64,000 nt of DNA from an uncultured Candidatus Peribacteria bacterium (GCA_964422855.1 CAYRCS010000001.1:4957-68956), one strand, 5' to 3'. Numbered from the stretch's first letter, positions 35,260 to 46,273 are shown. Made by a program: numbers and translations. Notes: generated by a model from the letters alone, not told the origin.

Positions 35260-35943
35260 TTATTTTCTGTTAATAATAATTTCAGAGACTTCGATATTTT
35301 TTGGAAGAGAATACAATTGTCGGACTAATGCTGCGACTTGTTCTGGGTCTATAAATATAGATGTATTTTCATTGCCTGTAATGATACTCATCTGTTTTTG
35401 TCTGCCCTTTTTACCTGTATTACCTGGAGTTTCCATACCTCCTGGATGGACACCGATTACTCTACATTTTGTTTTCTTGAGCTCTACTTGGAGGTTCTCG
35501 GTAAATCATCTCAATCCTCGCTTGGCACTACTGTATGCTGTAAAGTGTTCGTATCATTTAAATCAGATAGTTGCGCCTATATTGATAATGTCTGCTTCAT
35601 TTTTTTTGATGTTTTTGATAAGTCAGGTTGTGAGTACTAATGGAGCCAATAAATTTATTTTCATCGCTCGATCTGCGCTATCGAAATCTATATCATCAAT
35701 TTTTTCTGCTTTGCCATCACCTAAGTTATTTATCAAACATGCAAAGTCTGAGTGATCTCTCTGTATCTCCTCTACTGCAAATTGCAGTCACTCTTTGGTT
35801 GTAAGATCTGTAATTATATGTGCAATATCGAGGTCAGACTTGGTTCTGGAAATTCATACCACATCACATCCATTTGCCAAAAATTGCTTAGCCAAAGCAT
35901 ATCCCAATCATTTACTTACTCCTGTGATGATAATTTTTTGCAT
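35260..35943 (-). CDS. short-chain dehydrogenase/reductase (SDR)
   Basis: No track ORF exists; it has 7 or more TGAs, including the Gly-rich loop. The code-25 translation is MQKIIITGVSK-G-LGYALA...NIGATIG...YSSAKRGL. I checked the frame line by line for stops. Its ATG abuts the aclB stop, and its TAA lies 2 nt before the aclA ATG. Confidence 0.8.
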
Positions 35944-37131
35944 CTAGAGTTTGATATTACTAAATATCTCTGTCAGATAATGATCTGCATCTTGGATGAC
36001 ATAAGGAATCTTGTTTTTTTCACAGACTTTTGCGATCATCGCAAGGCCTTTGATATCGTTGATACCTCCACGACGAGCGAGGATATGGATATTTTTTTTA
36101 CGAAGTTTGTCGGCATATTCGTCTATCAGATCTGCGAATGGTTTACAGAGTGCATCGATACGTGTGAAGTTGGCTATTCATCAGACAAGGCAGAGATACT
36201 GCTTCTTGGCTGTATTTGCTAGCATCAAATCCAAGATTGTTTTCACATACGCTCTATTGCTATCTTCGTCTGGGTTCCCTGATAATTCACCATAGTTGGC
36301 TACTTCATCGAGCAGTCATTTGTTGGAAAGGGTATCCATCGTGATCACGGACGCTCCTCCACCTCATAAGATAAGTCGGATACGACCCGTGGGATTGATG
36401 ATAGTGAGTTTGAGACTTGCGCCTGTTTTTTCGTCCACGGCAGCGATATATTCTTCTGCGGGATAGGATTGTGTGCCAAATGGCTTAACTCGGTCGATAT
36501 GTTTTCGTTCTGGCTGTCTATATGTTTCGCAATTATCGACCTTTGCCACAGTGTCCAATAAATGAATGTTGCCTTTGGCATCAAAGACAAAAGGATTGAT
36601 CTCAAGATACGCAAAGCCGTATGATCTGTATGCTTCCAATACCTTAATGACAAAATCATGGAGTTTTTTGGGAACTTTGACGAGGTCTTTAGTGGTTAGT
36701 GAGGCGATTGGAGAAATTTGTATCTCTGTCACTTTGGACCAATTTTCCTCTACTTCTACGCCTCATTCGGTGCTAAAGTATATAATATCAGCGTCTCTAG
36801 TGGATTTGATAGCGAGATAGTACTCTTCCTGGTGTGGGACAAATGGTTCTACGAGGAAAGTATGGAGCTTGTCGGTCACTCCTTTGATAATGAAATTCTT
36901 GTTCGCATATTTCTGGACTCGTGCTGCGAGTCATTTGGCGTCTAATTTGACCCCAACCAATCATAATTTTCCTCTTTTACCAAACAGTTGATCAGGCTTG
37001 ATAACCCGCTGTCAGGCTGGGATGGCTTTGAGATCTGCTGTATTTTGTACCAGATACCCTTGATATTTTTGCCCCAGATGGGCGAACACAATCTTCTTGG
37101 CATCATATTCGCGGATGGCGACTTGAGACAT
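35944..37131 (-). CDS. aclB: ATP-citrate lyase small subunit (ATP-grasp)
   Basis: Track ORF 36364..36732 extends both ways through TGAs, and I checked the frame line by line. Motifs: VIKPDQLFGKRGKLGLVGV, FLVEPFVPH, LEINPFV, AEEYIAAVDEKTGASLKLTIINPTGRI, GGGGASV, ANYGELSG, IANFT and ARRGG. Confidence 0.9.
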
Positions 37132-37197
37132 AGACCGTATTTTTAGTATAAATCATACTTCCCATCAGCTATATCGTTTTGGGTATTTTTTACAAAT

Positions 37198-37233
37198 AAA
37201 AAAAAGCCGCACCACCGAAAACAGTGGATTGGC
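37198..37233 (-). terminator. terminator-like hairpin plus U-run downstream of the small ORF and upstream of aclB
   Basis: On the minus strand: GCC..CCAC / GTGG..GGC stem with an internal loop, followed by T8. Confidence 0.4.
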
Positions 37234-37258
37234 AAACAAATGTGTGTGCACAAAAGCG

Positions 37259-37396
37259 TTAAACTGCTTTCATGGTAGTGATGAGCTTCTGTGTACGATG
37301 CTCACCGTTTCTTTCGACAGGTACTCCGTTATCTAACCACTGACGAGTAGCTAAATCATACGTGAGGTTAAACCTTGTTTTTGGTTTTTTTTTCAT
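37259..37396 (-). CDS. small basic hypothetical protein (45 aa)
   Basis: ATG at 37396 to TAA at 37259, translating to MKKKPKTRFNLTYDLATRQWLDNGVPVERNGEHRTQKLITTMKAV. It is followed by its own terminator-like hairpin. No homology recognised. Confidence 0.3.
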   Translation of the reverse strand: MKKKPKTRFNLTYDLATRQWLDNGVPVERNGEHRTQKLITTMKAV

Positions 37397-37506
37397 GGGT
37401 CCGATGATATATAATGTTATTTTATAATCAATATGTACTTTGTCAATCTGTTGTGCTTGGCGTATGGCCCAATTTCTACTCTTTGGAGGACCCCTGGAGT
37501 ATAATA

Positions 37507-39603
37507 ATGGTATATTTACTCATCATGGTCCTTATGAAAACATTACGTATTGGTATACTTATCGGGTTTATAGCCTCACAAATGCTCCAGCCTATGGTCT
37601 GGGCTACTGACATCAATGATGCGGATGTAGATCCTGCACTTATCCAGCAAGCCGTAAACTCTTCCTTTACTACTGAAGAACAAGCAACTGAAGTCGATGC
37701 TCCTACGGAGACGGCTATTGCTGATTATGAAGTAGAGCTCGATGAAGATAGTTTGGCTTTTGATGCGGATAGTGCCGCTAGCAAACTCAGAGATTTGCAA
37801 GCATCGGTTGATATCATCACTGAGCAGCTTTTCAAACTTGATGAACAACAAAGAACCGAATCTGGATCTATCTCTGATAGCTATAGAGAAACCAGAACGG
37901 AGATCGTCAATGTGATCAATAACATAAAATCTACAACCAATGAAGTAGAACAACTCCTCAGAAAGACTGCTATCTACCAAAAACAAATAGAAGAATTTGG
38001 TGCCAAAGTAACAGGAACAAGAGGTGACATAGCAAATCTCAAGATCTATCTTGCGGATTTCTCTGCAGCTTTGTACCAAGCACAACAGCATCTGTATACC
38101 GAAGATGGTAGCGAAATAGATGACGTCAAACTCATGATATACTCAGACAATATCGCTCGTACTATAGCAAATGACCAACTCATTACCTCTATGGTCAAAG
38201 AGATGACCGATGGTATAAATACTTTGGAAGTTAATGAAGATAAACAACTTGATACACTCAAAAAACTCACACAACTCAGAAACCTTGCGAGAGCAAACAT
38301 CTCTATATACAACCAAGAATTGGACAAGTTAGAACAAAAAAGAGACTATCTTGGACAGTTTATGGAATTGTATCAAGGAGATACATTCCTCTCTCCAGCA
38401 GGTATTGACGAGATATTTCAAAATAGAAAATCTGTCTTTAAGGCAACCAATACATTGTTGGACAATATAGAATCAAAAAAATATGGTGTTAGTTTTGATA
38501 TCGCTGGATCATTGGCAAAACTTGCAGAAAAAGAAACAGATAAGCTCGAGCACGTGATTGCATGGCCAGTGTATCCTGTAGAAAAGATCAATACTTTCTT
38601 CTGAGATGAAAAATTTAGAGAAGACAATGGCTTCCCACACTGGGGAATCCAGATAGAAGCTGCACAAAAAACTCCAGTCTATGCTGCTCGTGATGGTGTC
38701 GTATATCATGTGACCAATAATGACGGTATCGGTATTAACTGGATGATGGTCATCCACACTGACGGCTACGTCTCAGTCTATACCTATATGAATACATCTG
38801 TCGTAAAACCTGGTGACATAGTGCAAAGAGGACAATTGCTTGGCTATAGTGGTGGTGAACCTGGAACCAGAGGCGCTGGTTTTGTCTCTCCTGGAGCCAA
38901 CCTTACCTTCTCTATCTATAGAGATGGCGAAGCCCTTGATCCACTCAAGTTATTGGATCTGGCAGTAGTAGCTGACAAAGACATGCTTCCTAATGAATAT
39001 CACATCAAATTCCTCAGAGATAAATACGCAAGACCTATCGATATTACTGACTTAGCATTTGCTGAAGGAGAAACTACTGATGATAGAGCTATTGCATTCC
39101 TCAAGAGTTATGGAGTTGGTATCTATAGATCACTTACCTTCTGGAACAATGCAGTCAAAGATACCAACATCGATAGAGATGTAACTATCTGTATTGCCTT
39201 TGCCGAATCTACACTTGGTAGATATCTATCAACTGATGGTAATATCGGTAACGTCGGTAACAACGATAGATGAGATAGATTTGCCTTTGGTGGTGCATTG
39301 GCAGGTGCTAGAGCGATTGCTCAGACACTCAACAACCAACACTTGGGTGATTATCATACCATCATACAATTATCTAGATACGGTAATGAAGATGGTAAAA
39401 TCTATGCCTCATCTCCTATCAACTGGCAGACAAATGTTACGAAGTGTTTGTCGCAGATTAAATGATTTTATGCTCCAGAAGACTTCCCGTTCAGAACAGC
39501 CCCAAATCCAAATAAAGACAACATCCCTGAAAACGATACACCAGCCGCAGCTAAGTTTGATTGGGAACAAGTGAAAGTTGAAGGAAAACCTGTAAGCAAA
39601 TAA
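37507..39603 (+). CDS. secreted coiled-coil M23 (LytM) peptidase with a C-terminal lysozyme/transglycosylase-like region
   Basis: Track ORFs 37414..38604 and 38710..39273 share a frame. Signal-like MKTLRIGILIGFIASQMLQPMVWA (alternative start at 37534). M23 motifs: HWGIQIEA, IHTDGYVSVYTYM and GQLLGYSGG. Later ICIAFAESTLG resembles a lysozyme-like catalytic Glu motif. TAA stop at 39601. Confidence 0.8.
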
Positions 39604-39610
39604 AAATAAA

Positions 39611-39636
39611 AAAGCACCCTGACCGGGTGCTTTTTA
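39611..39636. terminator. bidirectional rho-independent terminator between the M23 gene and glmS
   Basis: AGCACCC-TGACC-GGGTGCT flanked by A- and T-runs. Confidence 0.7.
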
Positions 39637-39640
39637 TATG

Positions 39641-41461
39641 TTATTTAACTGTTACGCTCTTCGCTAAGTTTCTGGGCTTATCAATATCTTTGCCAAGATG
39701 GTCTGCGGTGTAGTATGATAAGAGTTGCCCTACGACCGCACCCAAGAATGGATAGAGCGCTTCGATTGTCTCTGGGATAGTGATATGTCGATCTGATACA
39801 ATTTCTTGGTCTGAGATACTGAGTATTTTGCCTTTTCTTGCTTTAACTTCTTGGATGGTCGAAAGATTTTTTTCGTACATCGCATCGTGTGGCACGAATA
39901 CTATGGTTGGAATTTTTTCGTCGATCAATGCCAATGGCCCATGCTTGAGTTCTCCTGCCGGATAGGCTTCGGAGTGGAGATAGGTAATTTCTTTGAACTT
40001 CAAGCTAGACTCAGTAGCGATAGGAACATGATAATGTCTGCCGAGGAAGAAGTAGTCTTTGTATGCTGACAACTCTTCTGCTATAGATTTGATAGCATCG
40101 GTTTGATCGAGTATCTGTTCTATCAATGAAGGAATTTTTTCTAACTCGGTGAGTATCTGCTCGTATTGTTGGTTGTCCAAATTTCTCTTGCGACCCAAGT
40201 AGAGAGCCAAGAGCAATATACAGGTAATCTGTGCAGTAAATGCTTTGGTCGATGCAACACCGATCTCTGCGCCAGCTCTCGTAAAGAGACCATGATCGGT
40301 CAGACGCGAAATGGTAGACCCAACAACATTGACTATACCAAACGTCTTGCCTCACTTGGATTTAATATATTTGAGACACTCGATACTATCAGCGGTCTCG
40401 CCGGATTGAGAGATAAACACATAGAGCGTATCATCAGCAATATTGATATGTTTGTATTCATATTCGGATGCTATCTCGCAATACGAATCTACTCATACCA
40501 AATTTTGCATCCAGTATGTCCCCAATCGTCCTGCATTATATGATGTTCCACAACCCACGAAAACGATCTTCTTGAATTGCTCATCCTGCATACCGTGAAA
40601 TGCTTCGGCCATCAAAACATTTGTATCAAAATTGACACGTCACTTACAGATACGTCTGATGATAGCTGGTTGTTCAAATATCTCCTTGAGCATAAAGTGC
40701 TTGTAGTCACCTTTGGATGCTTGGAGAGCATCAATATCCATGATCTCAAAATTCTTTTTCATAGAGACTCCATTGGATTTGATGATATATTCGTTGCCTT
40801 GGACATGAACTAAGTCGCCGTCTTCCAGGAAGAACAATTGCTCTGCATAACCGGCTAATGCTTGTTTATCTGAAGAGAAGAAGAAATCGTTTTTGGCGTT
40901 ATAACCAAAAATAAATGGACTACCCAGTTTTACCCCTATCATCTCACCTGGTGCATAATCACTGACGATCAACATCGCATATGCTCATCTAATTTGTGTG
41001 AGGCATTTTTCTACTGTCTCGAGGAAGTTTCCTGTCCAGTTTGCATCGAGTAAATTTGCAAATACTTCGGTGTCTGTCTCTCCGTAAAAAGCATATCCTT
41101 TGGCTATAAGGTCTTGTTTGAGTTTGTGATAATTTTCGATGATACCGTTGTGGACGACGTAGAAGTGGCCATTTTTATCGTGGTGTGGATGGGTGTTCTC
41201 GTCCGTAACTCCTCCATGTGTCGCCCAACGCGTATGTGCGATACCCATCGTATAGTTGGCATCGTGTGGTACTTGTGCAGTGACTTTGGCAGCTAGGTTG
41301 GATACTTTGCCCACTGCTTTGAATGTTTTGATATCTGCAGCTTGATCAGATACTCGCATACCTGCAGAATCATAGCCACGGTACTCGAGTCTTTCCAATC
41401 CATGTAACAAGATCTTTTCTGCACTATTTTTGGCTCATTTATATCAAAATATACCACACAT
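39641..41461 (-). CDS. glmS: glutamine--fructose-6-phosphate aminotransferase
   Basis: Track ORFs 40985..41410, 40640..40975 and 39641..40216 share a frame. N-terminus MCGIF-G-YKG (TGA at 41444..41446). C-terminus ...LAKSVTVK. TAA stop. Confidence 0.95.
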
Positions 41462-41487
41462 ATATCGTTCATTATCCTAAATAAATA

Positions 41488-41988
41488 TTACAATCCCGGA
41501 AGCGTTGTTATCAAAAAATGCACTACTGGATCTACATCTACTCCATAGACCAGAGCTCATCATAATGCTCCTATATATGTCACTGCTATAAGTCCAATAA
41601 CTGCTAGCACAATATGGAGATATCGTTTTTTGATGTATGTAATAAGAAGATCAAGATAGTGTGTGACTTTATATTTTTGTATAATACTATCCCATCTCTG
41701 TACAATATAATCCCATACATATATAGCCGCATTGATACCAAATACTATCGTAGTTATATTCGCAAATAGTTCATGCATTTCGAGTAGATCTGTTTCTCCG
41801 ATCTGATCTGCTGCCATTTCACCTGTACTCAAATCAATTTGTGCACCTATTCGTCCAGCTACAAGCAATACTGTCTTCACAAGATGCCATGGTGAATCAA
41901 TATCTTTTTTGGGAGTACATACTTCGATCACAACATATAAGACGAAAAATGCGATAGGGAAATGTACAAATAATGGATGGATATTCAT
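41488..41988 (-). CDS. DUF2231-like integral membrane protein
   Basis: MNIHPLFVHFPIAFFVLYV is the typical DUF2231 N-terminus. Track ORF 41560..42030 extends through two TGAs to TAA at 41488. Confidence 0.6.
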
Positions 41989-42013
41989 ATCTATAGATAA
42001 TGAATAAAAATTA

Positions 42014-42574
42014 CTACAGTGGACATGCAAATGTCTTTGCTAACTCCGTCAATGGCTGTTGGCCAGGGCTATTGATTCACATGCCGACTCGCGTTGGATA
42101 ACCGGTAACCTTGGCGGCCTGACATTGTCATGGAGAAAGATCGCAATCGACATAACGAATCGATGCAAATGCATCGCCAAATAATTTCTTCTGGTTTTGG
42201 CAGTGCGGACATCGTTCGGTACCATACATGATTACCCCTTTTTGGGACAAACACAAGGCCAATGATTCTGCCTGAAAAATGTCAGCTACCGACTGGAGTA
42301 TTGCTCTTGTGCGATAATTAAATGTAAGTTTGGGACCCTGCTCGATAGTACGCACTAAGGCAACAAGTGTTTGTTTTGTTGTGTCTGTTTTGGAAGCGAT
42401 TCTGGAAGCAATCATATCTGCAAAAGTATGATCTGATTCAGATAATACATAAGAATCTATACTTGTTTGGATGCATTTTTTTTGTTGGTCTCCTTGGAGA
42501 GTTGGGCAATCAGTGGCATAGGACAATCCCGGCAGAGCAATCAATGCCAATAGCATAAGAAAAATCTTTTTCAT
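42014..42574 (-). CDS. secreted thioredoxin-fold protein (CPHC motif)
   Basis: Signal peptide MKKIFLMLLALIALPGLSYA. Contains YGTERCPHCQNQK. Extends through TGAs to TAG at 42014. Confidence 0.65.
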
Positions 42575-42594
42575 CGATCCTAGGGATATAAAAC

Positions 42595-44070
42595 TTATCT
42601 AGTGATGTTGAATCCGTTTGGTGTATCTTCGATATACCATCACTGCTGTGCGAGATTTTCTCTGATCATATCGGCAAGTTTGTAGTCTTTATTTTTCTTG
42701 GCTTCGACGCGTTCTTGTGCCAATGCAGTAATTTCTGCTGGTATCACGAGCTCCTCTGCTTCTTCAAACAATCCGAGCTTCAAAACATTGTGTTCCCATC
42801 GTTCTAGTACGACAAACAATTCTTCTATATCAAAGTTGAGGATATCTTTACTCGCAACTCACAAATGATAGTGGATATGTGCTAGTGCATTTGGTGAGTT
42901 GAGATCGTCGATATATTCGGTGATAAGTTTTTGGTGGAGTTCTTTGACAAAGGGATCAAGCAATTGTTCGCTCAATAATTCTGCAGACAATGTAAGCAAA
43001 CTAGATCCCATCGATCACTTCTTGTCTTTGATGAGTGATTGTATTTTTTGCTTGAGATTTTTTCTGGTGCTTTTGGCAGCTTCGAGATGCTCTCGAGTGA
43101 AGTCTTGAAAACTACGATAGTGTGCGCTAAGGAAAAAATAACGCAGATCCAATGCATCAAATCATTTTTTTTCTAATCAGGGAAGACTGAGATCGTCGCC
43201 CGCTGATTTTGATACTTTTTTGCCGTCGATATTGAGAAACTGTGAATGCATCCAGTAATTGACCCACTTATGCTTATGTGCAAATGAGCATTCGGACTGA
43301 GCTATCTCGTTGGTGTGATGGATGGATATATGATCTACCCCTCCTGTATGGATATCAAAATGATCGCCAAGCGTGGCTTGCGACATGGCGCTACATTCTA
43401 TATGCCAACCTGGGAATCCTTTGCCTCGTGGAGATTCTCGTTCCATCTGTCTTTGTTCACCGACTGGAGAAAATTTCCAGAGTGCGAAATCTGTAGGATT
43501 TTGTTTGCCTGCGTCGTCTACTCTCTCACCAGAGCTCAATCATTCGAGGTGTTTCTTATAATTTGGTCACATGAGTTTGCCGTAGTCATCGATCTTGGCT
43601 GTATTCATATATATACCGTCTCCGTCAATTATATAGGTCAATCATTTATCGACCAAGGTCTGGACGATCGCTATCTGTTCGGGGATGTAATCAGTTGCTT
43701 TGGGGTGTTGGTCGAACGATATATGCAATTCGGTCAAATATTTTTTGAAATTTTCTTCATATTTCTTGGCTATATCTCGTGCGGACAATCATTCGCGACG
43801 AGCGCCTTTTTCCATCTTGTCTTCACCATGATCACCATCGTCCGTGAGATGTCCGACATCAGTGATGTTCATCACATGCTTCACGTTGTATCCACAGACA
43901 TGTCTGAGCACATCTCCCAAAAGTCCACAAAAAGCAAAATATCTCAGATTACCCACATGTGGATCACTATAGACGGTAGGTCCACACGAATAGACGCTAA
44001 CGAGCTTGGGATCAATAGGTGTAAACAGTTCCTTATTACGAGTGAGTGTATTGTAGATCTGGAAGTCCAT
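42595..44070 (-). CDS. cysS: cysteine--tRNA ligase
   Basis: Track ORFs 43789..44070 and 43177..43539 share a frame. Motifs: [15 protein letters not shown] (HIGH), [21 protein letters not shown] and KVSKSAG (KMSKS). Confidence 0.95.
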
Positions 44071-44149
44071 GATGATGCATATATTAAATATATGTGGTAT
44101 ATATAGATATGGGGTGGGGAAATGCTAGGATTTTTTTCTCTAATGTTTT

Positions 44150-44177
44150 GAGCTCCCTACCAAAAAGTAGGGAGCTC
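44150..44177. other. perfect 11-bp stem hairpin (GAGCTCCCTAC/GTAGGGAGCTC) at the left edge of the TGA-free island
   Basis: Read directly from the sequence. Lies 15 nt downstream of the stop of ORF 44193..44582 (minus strand). It has no flanking U-run on that strand. Confidence 0.5.
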
Positions 44178-44192
44178 AGTTAGATAATACAT

Positions 44193-44582
44193 CTACAGCT
44201 TCAGGAAATAGCCGCCATATCGAGTTTGTATAAATCTTAACTTCTTAAGATACACACATAATTCGATAAACAGTTCTGCTTTTGCAAGAGATCCTGTTTT
44301 TTCCTCTAATTCTTGCTCAAGCTGCCATCTATTAAGAGACGATTTAGGAATTAGAGAGGCCAGTGCGGCATCTACCTCGTCTGATAATGCAATAGCCGCT
44401 TTGTGGTCCACAACAAATGTTTTTGGTCTGGGAGATAGCCAGTGCCAAATATGCCACCAACGCTTAGGAGGCAATGTAAACAAATTTGAGGATACGGTGA
44501 TGGTTTCTGCTGTGTGGGATTGGCCTTGGCCAGCTTCCCATATAGCTGTTTCGATTTTTTTTAGTAAATTCTTCATAGGCAA
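44193..44582 (-). CDS. hypothetical protein (129 aa), TGA-free, Trp-rich
   Basis: Intact track ORF with a TAG stop. Its GC content is higher than the window average. Divergent from the permease gene. Confidence 0.5.
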   Translation of the reverse strand: MPMKNLLKKIETAIWEAGQGQSHTAETITVSSNLFTLPPKRWWHIWHWLSPRPKTFVVDHKAAIALSDEVDAALASLIPKSSLNRWQLEQELEEKTGSLAKAELFIELCVYLKKLRFIQTRYGGYFLKL

Positions 44583-44641
44583 TGTTTTTGTTTAGTATGC
44601 TGAGTGTACACATAAAATGTTATGTTTCAATACATATTTCA

Positions 44642-44669
44642 TTGACTTTTATCTTGTTTTGACTATAAT
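44642..44669 (+). promoter_or_regulatory. putative sigma-70 promoter (TTGACT-16 nt-TATAAT) for the permease, giving a roughly 150-nt leader
   Basis: Hexamers at 44642..44647 and 44664..44669. Confidence 0.5.
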
Positions 44670-44821
44670 ACGTTTTGGTCAGATGGTCCTTAACAGATTT
44701 ATCACAAAACTCCTGATATTGCGCTTGGCAATGTTATGGTTTTATTAAACGCCAAGCGCAAAAATCATTATAAAAATAACCAGGGATCTACAAATCTCTA
44801 CAAAAAACAAAAAGAAAAATT

Positions 44822-46273
44822 ATGAAAAAGTATCAAATCCCCGAGGACCAGAGAAATCTGGTTGCTGCCGTTAGATCGGCGGCTATTGTATTGTTGGTAG
44901 GGTTTCTTGGCTATCTTGCCGACCCTGTTGCAATCCTCAACGCCTTTTTTCCCATCATGGTGTTAGCGATAGCCCTTGGTGGAAGTGTGCCTAAGTTACA
45001 ACACTTCTGGCACAAGAACTATCCTGTAATACTGCTGTCACTGGCTTTTGTATGTGCAGTTGCTTGTATCCATGCTGGATATAGCGGCTATACGTATTCA
45101 GCTATGTATGGCTATGTAGGATTTTTGTTGAGTGTGCTTCCTGCCCTTGCACTCGGCAAAATTATGTATTTTAAGGGTGGAGAGGCCGGCTATGCCTCCC
45201 CTAAACAAAACCTTACTATGTTGGTAATTGGTATGTTGATGGGAAATATAGTAGGAACTGCTGCTGTAGTAGCAATGCTTGGACCTACCTGGATACGGGC
45301 CAACCGTAGTCATTGGAAGAACCATCACTTTGCTTTCTTTATGTTACTGGTATTGAACATGGGCCCTGCCTTTGTTCCTACTGGACCGCCTTTACTTGCT
45401 GCTCTACTTAAGGGCATCTCTCCAGATTTCTGGTTCATCAATGGCTATTATGCATTGATAACTATGGTATGTTTGGTTGTGGTGTTTTACTTAGTAGATG
45501 CTCATAGTTTTGACAAGCCCAAGAAGCAAAAGCTTGGGTTGTCATTTAGCGGTGCAAAGTACTGGCCTGCACTTGTGATGTTTTTATTCACCACACTTAC
45601 GATTGGAAGAGGTTTGCCGTTTGATAGCAGCATTACCCCGACTTTGAATAAGTGGCTATCAAGTGTTACTTCGAGCAAGTTTGTTCTTGACTCAAGTATC
45701 GACTTGATACGGTGGGCAATACAAATCATTGTGTTGGCTTATGTGCTGAAGGTAGCGTGGAAAGTAAGTACTGAGGCTCGCAAGAGTTTCGGTAGCTATA
45801 GCTGGAGTTTCTTCTCGGTAAGTAACAAAGAGTTGGTTGTTGTATTCTTGGCACTGTTTATCGCTTTGCCTCCCATCGAACATGCTGCTGCCCACTTTGT
45901 GGAAGCACATCCGTTGGGCACAACAACCAAGGCGTTTGCCATCATGGGCTTTAGCTCTGTGGCAGATAACTTTATCGCTTTGTTACTTGGTATGAGCTCA
46001 GAGATGGCTCAGCAAGGTTGGACAGACCCTGCCTCTTTGGAAACACTTGGCCGGACTTCCCTAATTTTAATGGGAATGTTTGCTATGTATGGCGGTGCGT
46101 TGACCTATATAGGCAATGCACCCAACCTTAGTTTCCTTGAGTACTACCGTGAAATTCGTCAGGCAAATCCGAATATGCCTGAGGAAATGTCGTTTTTCGG
46201 ACTTACTGCCAGGATGATGCCGTGGGCTGTTTTAGCTTCACTTATTTGTCTTGGTTTAACCTATATTCTGTAA
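44822..46273 (+). CDS. polytopic permease, tentatively ion-transporter (ArsB/NhaD/CitMHS-like) superfamily
   Basis: Uninterrupted 483-aa track ORF with about 11-12 hydrophobic segments and a TYIGNAPNL motif. All 36 Gly residues use GGN codons and there is no in-frame TGA. GC is about 47% in the first 100 nt, against about 37% in recJ. Confidence 0.8.
   Translation: MKKYQIPEDQRNLVAAVRSAAIVLLVGFLGYLADPVAILNAFFPIMVLAIALGGSVPKLQHFWHKNYPVILLSLAFVCAVACIHAGYSGYTYSAMYGYVGFLLSVLPALALGKIMYFKGGEAGYASPKQNLTMLVIGMLMGNIVGTAAVVAMLGPTWIRANRSHWKNHHFAFFMLLVLNMGPAFVPTGPPLLAALLKGISPDFWFINGYYALITMVCLVVVFYLVDAHSFDKPKKQKLGLSFSGAKYWPALVMFLFTTLTIGRGLPFDSSITPTLNKWLSSVTSSKFVLDSSIDLIRWAIQIIVLAYVLKVAWKVSTEARKSFGSYSWSFFSVSNKELVVVFLALFIALPPIEHAAAHFVEAHPLGTTTKAFAIMGFSSVADNFIALLLGMSSEMAQQGWTDPASLETLGRTSLILMGMFAMYGGALTYIGNAPNLSFLEYYREIRQANPNMPEEMSFFGLTARMMPWAVLASLICLGLTYIL

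Noticed and set aside
37576-38327. Minus-strand track ORFs 37576..38091 and 38046..38327
   Set aside because: They are antisense to the coiled-coil N-terminal region of the M23 peptidase gene. Coiled-coil codon periodicity commonly gives open antisense frames.
43315-44106. A 263-aa plus-strand track ORF
   Set aside because: It is antisense to cysS, which has HIGH and KMSKS motifs on the minus strand. There is no independent support.
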